Notes under the pieces: model-generated
Databases searched by the model: none
What the model was told of the DNA's origin: nothing
The model's input: the letters and a program-made list of their open reading frames with translations, nothing else
Source: Macrostomum lignano
Taxonomy: Eukaryota
Length of the DNA: 64,000 bases
Direction: 5' to 3'
Assembly: GCA_002269645.1 (NCBI GenBank)
Contig: NIVC01000112.1
Coordinates: 454,520-518,519 of the forward strand
Translations under genes and position numbers: made by a program
Shown here: positions 63,759 through 64,000 of the stretch, piece after piece
Layout: every line of letters starts with the position of its first letter
Numbering within the stretch: the stretch's first letter is position 1

Positions 63759-64000
63759 GGGAGTTGTAACCTAGTACTTAGAGCGTCGGAATCACGACTT
63801 GAAGGTCAGGGGTTCGATTCCTGATCTAGCTGGAACAATTAGTGTCCAAAAACCACTAGGAAAACTTCCTTGTTAGTGTCCTTGAGCAAGACACTTAACT
63901 CTCCATTGCTTCAGTTCACCCAGCTGTAAAATGGGTGCCAGTATTAGTAATTAATCCCAGTCCTTGGACTGAACAGCCGTACGCAGCCTTCAGATGCGCC
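63759..64000 (+). mobile_element. tRNA-derived SINE with a CORE-like central domain, running to the window end
   Basis: A-box-like CTAGTACTTAGAGCG; B box GGTTCGATTCC at 63811-63821; GTGTCCTTGAGCAAGACACTTAACTCTCC..CTTCAGTT..CTGTAAAATGGG at ~63876-63935 closely resembles the MIR/CORE consensus. Confidence 0.8.

Noticed and set aside
63759-63830. Functional tRNA gene
   Set aside because: No complete cloverleaf or acceptor stem, and it continues into a CORE domain, so it is a SINE head

Overview
Repeat-rich invertebrate (metazoan) genomic DNA. GC-rich exons, GT-AG introns that mostly carry their own minisatellite, and AT-rich intergenic DNA would fit a free-living flatworm such as Macrostomum, but this is inference only. 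Host genes: the 3' end of an unidentified gene (135-1550, +), a 3-exon C2H2 zinc-finger gene (3342-5860, -), MAF1 (31776-33751, +), an intronless melatonin-receptor-like class A GPCR (43432-44442, +) and a predicted N-myristoylated protein with possible TIR-like topology (51063-52391, +). The most striking feature is a cluster of small secreted prepropeptide genes (signal peptide, acidic propiece ending in E/Q-E/Q-K, Arg/Tyr/His/Phe-rich cationic C-terminal peptide, two ending in Gly). Two copies are intact (47106-47552, 56005-56307) and there are broken 5' and 3' remnants (59.6-59.8 kb, 61.4-61.6 kb); the three promoters present share an upstream module. These look like an undescribed antimicrobial-peptide-like family. 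Mobile DNA includes two complete Chapaev-type (Transib/RAG1-related) DNA transposons with intact ORFs, CAC..GTG ends and 4-bp TSDs; a head-to-tail pair of Helitron-like units each hit independently by the same hAT MITE; a Penelope-like 3' fragment with a minimal hammerhead ribozyme; RTE-like LINE remnants; other MITEs; and a CORE-SINE. About 20 tandem arrays explain most of the long ORFs in the track. No CRISPR array, rRNA or intact tRNA gene was seen.
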